Shown here piece by piece: positions 1-8,086 of a stretch of DNA of 64,000 bases; within the stretch, counting starts at the first letter, position 1, and every line of letters begins with the position of its first letter. A program made the translations under genes and the position numbers. The DNA comes from an uncultured bacterium (GTDB lineage: Bacteria > Krumholzibacteriota > Krumholzibacteriia > Krumholzibacteriales > Krumholzibacteriaceae). A model generated the notes under the pieces. It was not told the origin of the DNA and did no database searches. It saw nothing but the letters and a program-made list of their open reading frames with translations. The stretch lies in contig CAWBAN010000002.1 of assembly GCA_963786935.1 (NCBI GenBank), positions 416,001 through 480,000 on the forward strand. Direction: 5' to 3'.

Positions 1-1173
1 GCGGGACGCGCCATCCGGGCGGGCGTCGTCGAGAGCCCCTTCAGGCCGGCCGACGGCTTCGAGGCGCCGCGCGCGGCGTCGTCGGTGCGCGAAATCGAAG
101 CGGCCGCGGGCGAGACGCTCGTGCTGATGGGGCACGACGGCCTCGGCGGGATTCAGGAGATATCGAAGGCGAATTTCCTCGCCGTCTCGGGAGGCGGCAT
201 GAGGTTCGGCGCATTTGTCGAGGAGGCGCGCCGGGCGGGGCTCTATTTCCCGCACGAGCCGGACGTTCTCACGCGGCACGCGACGATCGCCGAGCTCGTC
301 ATGGGCGCGGAGATCTTCGGCACCGACGGGCATTTCGGGAATCTGCGCGAGTACGTTCTCTCGCTCGAGATCGTGACGCCGGCGGGGGAGATAATCCGGA
401 CCGGCTCGCGCGCCGTCAAGGACGTCGCGGGCTACAATATCGCGGGCTTTCTCATGGGCGGCGGCGGCCTCTGCGGGATGATCGCGACGGCGACGCTGCG
501 GCTCCTGCCGCCGCCGGGAACGCGGATGCAGTTCCTGTGCATGGCTCCGCGCGCGACGCTCGAGAAGCTTGCCGGAGAGATTCACCGGAAGCTCGCGCCC
601 GCGTTTCTCGAGCTCTTTCCGTACACGGAGAGCGCCGACGAGCGGTCGAACCTGATCGGAGAGCTGCAGTCAGCGGCGCCGGGCAGGGAGGAGGCGCTGC
701 TCGCGGCGCTCGCGGCGCTCGCCCCGGCGGATGCCGCGCCCGAAAAGCTCGAGCGGACGTCGCTCGAGGCGTTCAGGCACTTTCCGATGCTCGCGATGAA
801 AAACATGAAGAAGGGTCAGCGGCTCCTGCACGCGGCGCTCGGAACGGATCTCCCCTCGGCGCACCGGCACGACATCTGGGGACGCCGGAGCTTTTTCCCC
901 TCGCGCTTCCATTACTATTTCGCGGCGGATTCGAGCGCCGCGCCGGAAGTCTGCGCGGCGGGCCTCGGGGGCGTCGTCGATTCGATCGAGATGCGCGGAG
1001 AGCGGATATACCGGAGGCGGCTCGGAAGAGAAGAGATCGCGATGATCGCGGGCGGGCACGGGGGTGGAGCGGGCGGAGCCGGCGCGCGCGGATCGACGGA
1101 AGCTTCCACGGCCGGTGAGCTCACGCTCAGGATCCAGCGGGTTTTCGATCCTCACGGGATCATGTTGCCTTGA
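1..1173 (+). CDS. FAD-binding oxidoreductase (GlcD/GlcE-like), 5'-partial
   Basis: Frame open from base 1; motifs LEIVTPAGEIIRTG and VKDVAGYNIAGFLMG..G.CGMI, C-terminal FDPHGIM; adjacent to GlcF-like gene. Confidence 0.8.
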   Translation, partial: AGRAIRAGVVESPFRPADGFEAPRAASSVREIEAAAGETLVLMGHDGLGGIQEISKANFLAVSGGGMRFGAFVEEARRAGLYFPHEPDVLTRHATIAELVMGAEIFGTDGHFGNLREYVLSLEIVTPAGEIIRTGSRAVKDVAGYNIAGFLMGGGGLCGMIATATLRLLPPPGTRMQFLCMAPRATLEKLAGEIHRKLAPAFLELFPYTESADERSNLIGELQSAAPGREEALLAALAALAPADAAPEKLERTSLEAFRHFPMLAMKNMKKGQRLLHAALGTDLPSAHRHDIWGRRSFFPSRFHYYFAADSSAAPEVCAAGLGGVVDSIEMRGERIYRRRLGREEIAMIAGGHGGGAGGAGARGSTEASTAGELTLRIQRVFDPHGIMLP

Positions 1174-1183
1174 ATTCATTCCG

Positions 1184-2782
1184 ATGACGAAAGCTGCCAT
1201 GGCGGACAAAGACGCGAAGAAGGACATAACGAACGACCTGCTCCTCTGCAACCGCTGCGGCACGTGCCGCTCGGTGTGCCCGCTCCTCTCCGTGGATCGC
1301 GAGGAATGGGCCGGGGCCCGGGGGAAGGTGGAGATCGCCGAGGCGTTCTTCCGCGGGGAGGATCTCTCGAGCGACGAGGTCCGCAAGGTGTTCGACTACT
1401 GCCTCCACTGCATGACGTGCGAGGAGAACTGCCCCTCCGGCATGCGCGCGGAGGAGATCGTCATGGCGGTGCGGGCCGAGATGGCGCGGCGGGGGAAGAT
1501 GTCCCGCCTCAAGCGGCTCGCGCTCAAGACGCTCGGCGGCGCGGACGCGGCGCTTTTCACGATCATGCGTCACGTCGGGCTGGCGCGGCGATCGCCGCTG
1601 CACGGCGTCGGCGGGAAGAGCCCGCTCGCGGCGCTTTATCCGCTCCTCGGATGGCCGCGCGAACGGTTCGTGCCGCTCCCCGCGCGGAAGCCCTTCCTCG
1701 GCTCGGGGCCGGAGCTCTACAAGGCGTCTGATGTCGCCGTCGCAATTCCCGATGCGGGGGCGGGGGAGCTCCTCGATCTCGTCGCCGCGGCGCGCCAAAG
1801 AAATCTCGCGGCGGGCAAGCGCGCGTATTTCTTCGTCGGCCACGCGGTGAATCTCTTCTTTCCCGAGGAGGCGCGCGCCGTCACGAGGCTCCTCAATATT
1901 CTCGGCGTCGACGTCATTGCGACGAAGGATCAGGTGTGCTGCGGCGCGCCGGTCTACTACGCGGGGGATATCGCCGGCGCCCGCAGGAACGCCGCCGAGG
2001 TGCTCGAGCGCTTCGAGGGGCACGAGTACGACTGGATCGTCACAACCTGCTCGTCGGGTGGGCTGATGCTCAAGGAGGAGTTCCCGCGGCTATTCGACCT
2101 CACGGGAGACGGCTATTTCGAGATCGAGTGGGACGCGTCGCTCGAATGCTTCCGCCGCGTGCCGGGGCGCAGCACGGTGAAGCAGGAATACCCGAGGGTT
2201 GAGGATCTATACCGGACGCATGTCGAGGGCAAGGTCCGCGACATCAACGAGCTCATCGCCGAGCTCCTCGGGCTGCGCGAGGAGACAGACGACTTGAGCG
2301 GAGTGCTCGATGGAACAGTGAAAGCGTCGGCCCCTGTCGAGGCGCGCGCCGCGGCAGCCATCGTGGACTCCGCGCGAAAGCAGGGCGCGGCGCTTCCCGT
2401 CGTAACCTATCATCAGCCCTGCCATCTCAAGCGAGGGCAGGGGGTGGAGTGGCAGAGCGAGGCGATACTCAAGCTGCTTCCCGGGTATCGTTACGTCAGG
2501 ATGAACGATTACGATCGCTGCTGCGGCGGAGGCGGATCGTTTACGTTCATCTATGGCGATGCTTCAGCCGCGGTCGCCGCGGTCAAGATGGATGCGATCG
2601 CCGAGGTGCGGCCGGATGTAGTCGCGACAGCGTGTCCGCTCTGCCGCATCCAGCTCATGGACATGATCCGGCGGCGTTTCGTCGTCGAGGCGCACTCGCG
2701 CGGAGAGCAGCCGCGGAGCATCCCCGTGACGACTCCGGCCGAGCTCTTACTCGAAGAATTGCATAAGGTTATGGCGCAATGA
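1184..2782 (+). CDS. (Fe-S)-binding protein with two CCG domains (GlcF-like)
   Basis: CNRCGTCRSVCP and CLHCMTCEENCP 4Fe-4S motifs; QVCCG, YHQPCHL, RCCG and TACPLC motifs; start 1184 or 1199. Confidence 0.88.
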   Translation: MTKAAMADKDAKKDITNDLLLCNRCGTCRSVCPLLSVDREEWAGARGKVEIAEAFFRGEDLSSDEVRKVFDYCLHCMTCEENCPSGMRAEEIVMAVRAEMARRGKMSRLKRLALKTLGGADAALFTIMRHVGLARRSPLHGVGGKSPLAALYPLLGWPRERFVPLPARKPFLGSGPELYKASDVAVAIPDAGAGELLDLVAAARQRNLAAGKRAYFFVGHAVNLFFPEEARAVTRLLNILGVDVIATKDQVCCGAPVYYAGDIAGARRNAAEVLERFEGHEYDWIVTTCSSGGLMLKEEFPRLFDLTGDGYFEIEWDASLECFRRVPGRSTVKQEYPRVEDLYRTHVEGKVRDINELIAELLGLREETDDLSGVLDGTVKASAPVEARAAAAIVDSARKQGAALPVVTYHQPCHLKRGQGVEWQSEAILKLLPGYRYVRMNDYDRCCGGGGSFTFIYGDASAAVAAVKMDAIAEVRPDVVATACPLCRIQLMDMIRRRFVVEAHSRGEQPRSIPVTTPAELLLEELHKVMAQ

Positions 2783-2810
2783 GCGGGCGCGCGGCCGGGC
2801 GATTTGGGCG

Positions 2811-2839
2811 TTGACATCGAGGCTTTCGCCCGCTATTAT
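2811..2839 (+). promoter_or_regulatory. sigma70-type promoter of tRNA-Asn
   Basis: TTGACA (2811-2816), 17-nt spacer, TATTAT (2834-2839). Confidence 0.75.
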
Positions 2840-2917
2840 TGATACTCGGCGATGCCTCCGGGCGTCGCCTGCATTTTTAAAAATTGAACGCGGTCCCCGC
2901 GGCCGCGATTAGTTTGC

Positions 2918-2993
2918 TCCTGAGTAGCTCAATCGGTAGAGCATCCGGCTGTTAACCGGAGGGTTGTAGGTTCAAGTCCTACCTCAGGAGCCA
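2918..2993 (+). tRNA. tRNA-Asn (GTT)
   Basis: 76-nt cloverleaf: acceptor TCCTGAG/CTCAGGA, D arm GCTC/GAGC, anticodon stem TCCGG/CCGGA with loop CTGTTAA, T arm GTAGG-TTCAAGT-CCTAC, encoded CCA. Confidence 0.98.
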
Positions 2994-4535
2994 GTTCTTA
3001 TTTCTGGTCCTCAAACGGCACATTTTGCGCCGATCTGTCTCTCCTCTTCCTCCGACTCCATCCGCCAAGTATATCGAATGGTTTGCGCAGCTCGCTTATC
3101 TATTTCCCCGTCTCTTAATATCGAGTTCGAGAGTAGCAAGTTCGAGCAGTTTTCGCTTTTCGAAACGAATCCTGCTCAATGTATAGGGAATACGCCTGTT
3201 GCGCGAGTTCTAAGTATTCTGTTTGCATCTCTCTAGATAATTCATCCCCGGCCTGCTTATGCTCTTGCTATTTGCTCTTCGATGCTGTCTTGCTCTGCCT
3301 GCTCTGAAATTTTTCGTATTTGCTCTTCCAGAAACTTCTCAGTCCACCAAGCCGGCTAGCTTGTCCTCGTACAGTTTGATCTATCTTGTCGTTCGATCTC
3401 CTTGATATCTCGGTCTGTAGCTTTTTCGATCTCTCTGGCATATGCGCTTCGTTTTCGTCCTTGAAGCTCTCGGACTAGCGCCTCTCTTTATCCATTCAAG
3501 CCGCTCCTCGGTCATTCTGAGCCTCTTTAGCGGCTCTCCCAGTAGCATCAGAGCCAGCTCGTCTTCCTCTCAATGCGCCTTCTCGGGGCATTTTCCGCGG
3601 TACTTGCGTGCAGCGATAGTAAACATACGTTCCCTTTATTTTCGAAGGGCGACATTACGCACGCCGCAGCGTCCGCACTTCATAAGTCCCACTGAAATGC
3701 GAATTGCCTTGAGATTCGCTTTCGCCTCATACATTTCTGCGATTCCTTTACTTGCTGCGCTCGCTCGAATAGCTCTCTCGAGCACTAATTGCATCATGCT
3801 TGCCCCTGGTAGTACACACCCTTCCACTTGAAGTCTCCCGATATATGCAGGATTCTTTAGCATGTGTGTCTATCTGGAATGCTCTAGCTATTGGCTTTCC
3901 CTTTCTCGATCTCAGCCCTTTGGCTCTTAGGCTATCTTTGTGAGCTCCAGTGAGCGACAACGTTTCCTTTTGAGTATATCTCGAAGAGCTCCCGAATAAT
4001 TCCAGCTCGCTTGAACAGTCTATGTCGATTCCCTTTGTCTCTGTGTTATTGACGTACCCGAGCGGCGCCCACGATGGATACAGCCCTTGCTGGGCTTTCT
4101 CCAGCATTCCCTTTCGCGTCTCTTCCGATAGCTGATCGATATAGCTCTTTGCTATAATTACTTTGATTCCGTACATGAGCTTGTCGCTCTGCCGCGCGTC
4201 TTTGCCTGATTATCTGTCCCTCTTTCACGAAGTGAAGCGTTCGCCCGACGATCATCGATCTTCACAATGTCCCGAATATTGCGTGTGAGCCTGTCCGTTT
4301 TTTCGACAAGGATATGCTCGACTTTCTTGTTTCGACGAAGGAACTCCAGCATCTTCTCAAATTCTGTTCGCCCCGCTGCCTTTAGCGCTTTCTGACTTCC
4401 TCGAATTCCCGTACGACCGAGCAGCTTCTGCTTCTCGGCGTACTCTCTCAGCAATTTCCTTTGGGCAGCTATTGAGTACCCTTTCTCTGATTGTTCTTTG
4501 CTCGATACCCGGACGTACAATACCGCTTTGTCCAT
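2979..4535 (-). pseudogene. large serine recombinase, multiply frameshifted (possibly sequencing errors)
   Basis: Fragments across frames: AVLYVRVSSKEQ (catalytic Ser), LVEKTDRLTRN, LSEETRKGMLEKAQQGLYPSWAPLGY, LKNPAYIG, GLMKCGRCG zinc ribbon, LELAQQAYSLY, RKPFDIL, end RNKNWLLR-stop with TAG at 2981-2979; RBS GGAGG before ATG 4535. Confidence 0.85.
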
Positions 4536-4596
4536 TTTCTCCTCCATCGTCAATTAGCCGCGAACTCTGCTTGTACCACATTCCGCATTTTCGTTT

Positions 4597-5486
4597 TCAA
4601 GACCCATCGGGCTTATCTATTGCGTACCCCGCAACCATTTCCTTGAGAAACCCGTTGCCATCATGGAGCTTCTCCGTTATTCCCTCTGCTCCAATTTTTT
4701 CCAGCATATCCATTCCGATAGGGGAGACTTCCCACGTTTTGCCCCCGGCATCGAAGCGCCGCAGCTTTATGTCTCTCGATGTCGATATTCTTCTGAATCC
4801 CCGCAGCGATCTCCCGGTGCATTTCTTCGTCAGGTACTTTGCGAGATATCTTCCGCGTCCGCGAGCCTTTCAACACGCTTTATAAACACGATCGGACCGC
4901 CGCCCACGGCTTCCCATGCTTGGCTAATCCATTTTTGGTGAATGTATCGATCGACCAGCGCGTGCAGGTGGGGGATACCCGATCTATGCAGCTCCAAGAC
5001 GCATATGTACGAAATCGGCTCGTTGTACTTGCGCCCAAGGTAAACCCGGAACTTCCCCCATACGTTCCAGATATGCCTATGCGGATGATCCTTCTCTGGT
5101 ATTGTCTCTGGATTCAGCGTCAGCGTGAGGAAGCGATCAAGCTGCTTTTCCCCGGCGGCGCTCTCGATATCTTTGCTTAATTGCCACGCCATTCGCGGTC
5201 CGCATTCGGGACAGCTCCATCGCTTGCAATACAGCCTCTTGTATACGAACTTCTCGTTTCCCGCCTCGTCCTTGACCTTCGTCCATATCGCTTTCTTGCC
5301 GCATGCTCTGTTATATTTAGGCTTCTTTATATCAAGTGAAGAGGAAATAACCCCGGCACCATCCACAGCCCCCACCCCTTTTTCCTCCGGTTCGCTAACC
5401 AGATCATCCACGCAATCGTGTCCTGCGATAGCTCGATTGGTGGCCCCCCATTGATAACAGAAACAGCGCCTCCAGATCTGTCCCAT
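4597..5486 (-). CDS. rolling-circle replication initiator (HUH, two-tyrosine), one frameshift near 4853; start uncertain
   Basis: CKRWSCPECG, motif 1 FLTLT, motif 2 HLHAL; after a single frameshift motif 3 YLAKYLTK and RRISTSR, open to TGA at 4597. Confidence 0.8.
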
Positions 5487-5536
5487 CTATCCAACAGACT
5501 GAAGAACGCTGCTACTGATCTTCCATCTTCTGTCAT
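5327..5536 (-). CDS. small hypothetical protein overlapping rep 5' end
   Basis: MTEDGRSVAAFFSLLDRWD...; G-rich upstream; alternative start 5572 overlaps the stop of the upstream ORF. Confidence 0.3.
   Translation of the reverse strand: MTEDGRSVAAFFSLLDRWDRSGGAVSVINGGPPIELSQDTIAWMIWLANRRKKGWGLWMVPGLFPLHLI
5328..5338 (-). other. candidate double-strand origin nick motif
   Basis: Minus-strand CACTTGATATA inside 5' part of rep; CTTGATA is the phiX174/pC194-type nick motif. Confidence 0.5.
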
Positions 5537-5568
5537 TCCCCACCACCCCCAGAATCCAGCCAATAATG

Positions 5569-5814
5569 TCATTTCAACGAAGCTCTTACTCTTTCAATGA
5601 ATTCATCACAGCATCCTGTTACTTCAAGCTGTGTGCCATCAGCTGATTCTCCCTTCGTGATAACTCTTGCGCATTGCCCATGAATGGGGCAACGCATTTT
5701 GCTTATCGTTGTTCGTACTGATGACGTTGCTTCTTTAATTGCCGACTTTTTGATTTCGTTCGCCAATTGATCAATCTTGATTTCTCGCCCATTAAATTCT
5801 AGTTTCATTTTCAT
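5569..5814 (-). CDS. small Cys/His-containing hypothetical protein
   Basis: 81 aa with CPIHG and GCC motifs; 8 nt downstream of ImmA-like gene. Confidence 0.7.
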   Translation of the reverse strand: MKMKLEFNGREIKIDQLANEIKKSAIKEATSSVRTTISKMRCPIHGQCARVITKGESADGTQLEVTGCCDEFIERVRASLK

Positions 5815-5822
5815 GGTTCATT

Positions 5823-6470
5823 TCACTTCCTTTTTCCCTTTTCCAGTTCTTCCTCTACCATTCGAGCAATATCCATTCTTTCTCCCAAATGGTTTATTCT
5901 ACATTCAATCACTTTTGGGCTAACTTGGAATGGCCTTGAAATCTCTTTCGCAATGTATGGTACTGCGACTGTAGCTGTTGTTGAGATCAGGCTCAGGATA
6001 TCAACGTTGGTTGCAACTACGCTTCTTACTATTGGCTCCAGTTTCTGCTCCGGAACTAGCACTTGCTCCGCAAAGAGCATCCCTTGAATTTCAAATCGGT
6101 CAATCACAGTGCGATCAGCTGACGTGATGAAATCGATGTACTCTGGTATGCTGCCAAATCGGTGCTCTTCATAGAACTGTTTATGCAGGACCAAGTGTCC
6201 TATCTCATGGGCGATAGTGAATCGACATCTTTCGTAATATTTCTCGTATGTGGTTTCGTCCAGATATATCGCTGTGCAATCTGATGTCAGGAATCCATCG
6301 ATTCTGTAGTTATCCAGCAGGTTCGACTTTGTGATAATATCCAATCCCAGTTTGAGATCGGCTATTTCCTCCATCGGAATCGGTAGCTCAAATGATGGAT
6401 GATATGTTCGTAAGAACTCATATGCTCTCTCTCCAATCTCACCATACCCCAAGTAACTTGGAACGATCAT
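5823..6470 (-). CDS. ImmA/IrrE-family metallopeptidase
   Basis: RFTIAHEIGHLVLH (HEXXH) plus downstream E..G..FA..VLVP; directly follows XRE gene. Confidence 0.9.
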   Translation of the reverse strand: MIVPSYLGYGEIGERAYEFLRTYHPSFELPIPMEEIADLKLGLDIITKSNLLDNYRIDGFLTSDCTAIYLDETTYEKYYERCRFTIAHEIGHLVLHKQFYEEHRFGSIPEYIDFITSADRTVIDRFEIQGMLFAEQVLVPEQKLEPIVRSVVATNVDILSLISTTATVAVPYIAKEISRPFQVSPKVIECRINHLGERMDIARMVEEELEKGKRK

Positions 6471-6474
6471 GTTC

Positions 6475-6849
6475 CTACTCCTTCTTCAATTCCTCGATCA
6501 ACCGCTTCAGCTCCTCGTCGCTCAAGTCCGCCCCCCGCGCGGTTCTGAACAGCAGAGGCAATTTCGCAAGCAGTCGCTCGTCATTCTGGAAGTCGTCGGG
6601 CACGCGGCCCACATCTGCAGCTGCATAGTCAAAGAACTTCAGCCAATCGTCACTTCCTTTCTGTATTCCCAGAGCCTCTGCGTACTTTGTTCTCTGGTCC
6701 TCGCCTTGCGGTGGAGGGAGAATCCCTCGCTCAATCTTGCTGACGTTACCTGGATCTAGTCCATTCTTCCTGCAGAACTCACGCAGTGTTAGGTTCAAGG
6801 CTGTTCTCTTCTCCTTGAAGAACTGTCCGAACATGCCCCTTCCCGTCAT
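6475..6849 (-). CDS. XRE-family HTH transcriptional regulator
   Basis: FGQFFKEKR...LTLREFCRKNGLDPGNVSKIERG. Confidence 0.9.
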   Translation of the reverse strand: MTGRGMFGQFFKEKRTALNLTLREFCRKNGLDPGNVSKIERGILPPPQGEDQRTKYAEALGIQKGSDDWLKFFDYAAADVGRVPDDFQNDERLLAKLPLLFRTARGADLSDEELKRLIEELKKE

Positions 6850-6887
6850 GTTCTTGCCCCTCTCTTGTTAAAGGCCGGTTCTGTTGT

Positions 6888-6938
6888 TGTGTTGTTACAA
6901 CACAGTTGTAATATATCTACAACACTATTTCCTGTCAA
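6888..6938 (-). promoter_or_regulatory. promoter of XRE-ImmA operon with overlapping palindromic operators
   Basis: Minus-strand TTGACA (6938-6933), 17 nt, TATATT (6915-6910); inverted repeats TGTGTTGT-T-ACAACACA (6888-6904) and GTTGTA-N7-TACAAC (6905-6923). Confidence 0.65.
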
Positions 6939-7005
6939 GCCCAATCACAAAGATTTCTACTATATCATTATTTCTCAATATGTTATCTTTCTATGTGCGC
7001 AGTCC

Positions 7006-7019
7006 CAGGAGCCAGCTCT
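7006..7019 (+). repeat. attR-like copy of tRNA-Asn 3' end
   Basis: CAGGAGCCAGCTCT vs CAGGAGCCAGTTCT at 2985-2998 (13/14). Confidence 0.7.
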
Positions 7020-7110
7020 CGCCAGACTGGTGCTACGCATACGTCACGAAGCTCGCCCAATCAGGGCAACTTGCGGGTACTATTCTTTTGTACTTATACT
7101 CTGCTTCATA

Positions 7111-7566
7111 TTACTGTCTGGCTCCGAGTACGCTATACGTAATAGTGCAAGAACCAGCAGAACAAGCACTACAAACATGGGTGATAGTCCCCGAAAAATT
7201 GTCTTCGCTTGAGAAGAAGATATCATAGGACTTTACTCCGCGAGAAGTGCAGTTGGCATCCCACCAGCATATACGGACTTCAGATCCCATTCCCCTTCTT
7301 GTGCTTATATTCCAAACGCCTTGAATACCCATGAAATGAATTACATTTCCCTCGATCAGTATCGTGCTTGGCGAAGGTGGAGCGTCATAAGTAGCTAAAC
7401 TAGCTACAGTGCAATTATTCGACGTGACATTGCTTGCAACCACAAAGGTGCCGCTGTAATTGGGTTCGCCGGGTGGGGTAGGTTCAACCTCATCTTTATT
7501 GCCGCAGCCGAGAATTGTTAACGTGATTAATGTGGCGATAAGAGCGATGAACTGTCTTCTGATCAT
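7111..7566 (-). CDS. Cys-rich hypothetical lipoprotein
   Basis: MIRRQFIALIATLITLTILGC lipobox; RBS GGAG; alternative start 7608. Confidence 0.7.
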   Translation of the reverse strand: MIRRQFIALIATLITLTILGCGNKDEVEPTPPGEPNYSGTFVVASNVTSNNCTVASLATYDAPPSPSTILIEGNVIHFMGIQGVWNISTRRGMGSEVRICWWDANCTSRGVKSYDIFFSSEDNFSGTITHVCSACSAGSCTITYSVLGARQ

Positions 7567-7663
7567 ATCTACTCTCCGATACATTATTTTGTTCCTCGCG
7601 TACTCCATAGATAGCCCCCTTCTTGATGATTCTGGAATTATTACTCAGATTAATCTCAGGTGA

Positions 7664-7692
7664 ATTCTAGAGTGATTTGATCTTATTGTCAA
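7664..7692 (-). promoter_or_regulatory. sigma70-type promoter of the lipoprotein gene
   Basis: Minus-strand TTGACA (7692-7687), 17 nt, TAGAAT (7669-7664). Confidence 0.6.
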
Positions 7693-7859
7693 TCTCGAGA
7701 AGCCACCATGTAATCAATAGACTTGTACTTTGGGTCCTTGAAGTCATTCAATCTTGCCTCGGCAATTCGGCGGCAGTGCGAAGCATGCGAAGTTTCTGGG
7801 GCTTAACTCTAGCCAGACTTAGTGAAGATGACGGGAATGGTTCGTGAATCGTCCAGACC

Positions 7860-7920
7860 GGGGAGCCAGTTATTGCTCCCGCAGGCAGTTCCCAAGAGCC
7901 ACTAATCTTGGGAGCCAGAT
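7860..7920 (+). repeat. two att-like cores 49 bp apart
   Basis: GGAGCCAGTT (7862-7871, identical to 2987-2996) and GGAGCCAG (7911-7918). Confidence 0.65.
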
Positions 7921-8086
7921 TATCTATTGCGTTAACCGCTTCTAACTCCCTGGCTCTTATTCAATTTTATCATCGCGTCTCTTCCCGGGCACAGAATCCC
8001 GGGCTCGCTCGTGTCCGCCGATAGATGGAACTTCACCTGCTCGACCTTCGTATTACAAGTGGGGCCTATCCAGGGGACAAGATCGT

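Larger units (their letters stand above)
2985..7015. mobile_element. tRNA-integrated element: large serine recombinase, HUH Rep, XRE/ImmA regulators
   Basis: Bounded by direct repeat CAGGAGCCAG (2985-2994 and 7006-7015); visibly AT-richer than flanks; all genes on minus strand. Confidence 0.8.

Noticed and set aside
2979..4535. Programmed frameshifting or an alternative genetic code in the recombinase
   Set aside because: Too many irregular indels with no slippery-site pattern, and neighbouring genes translate normally.
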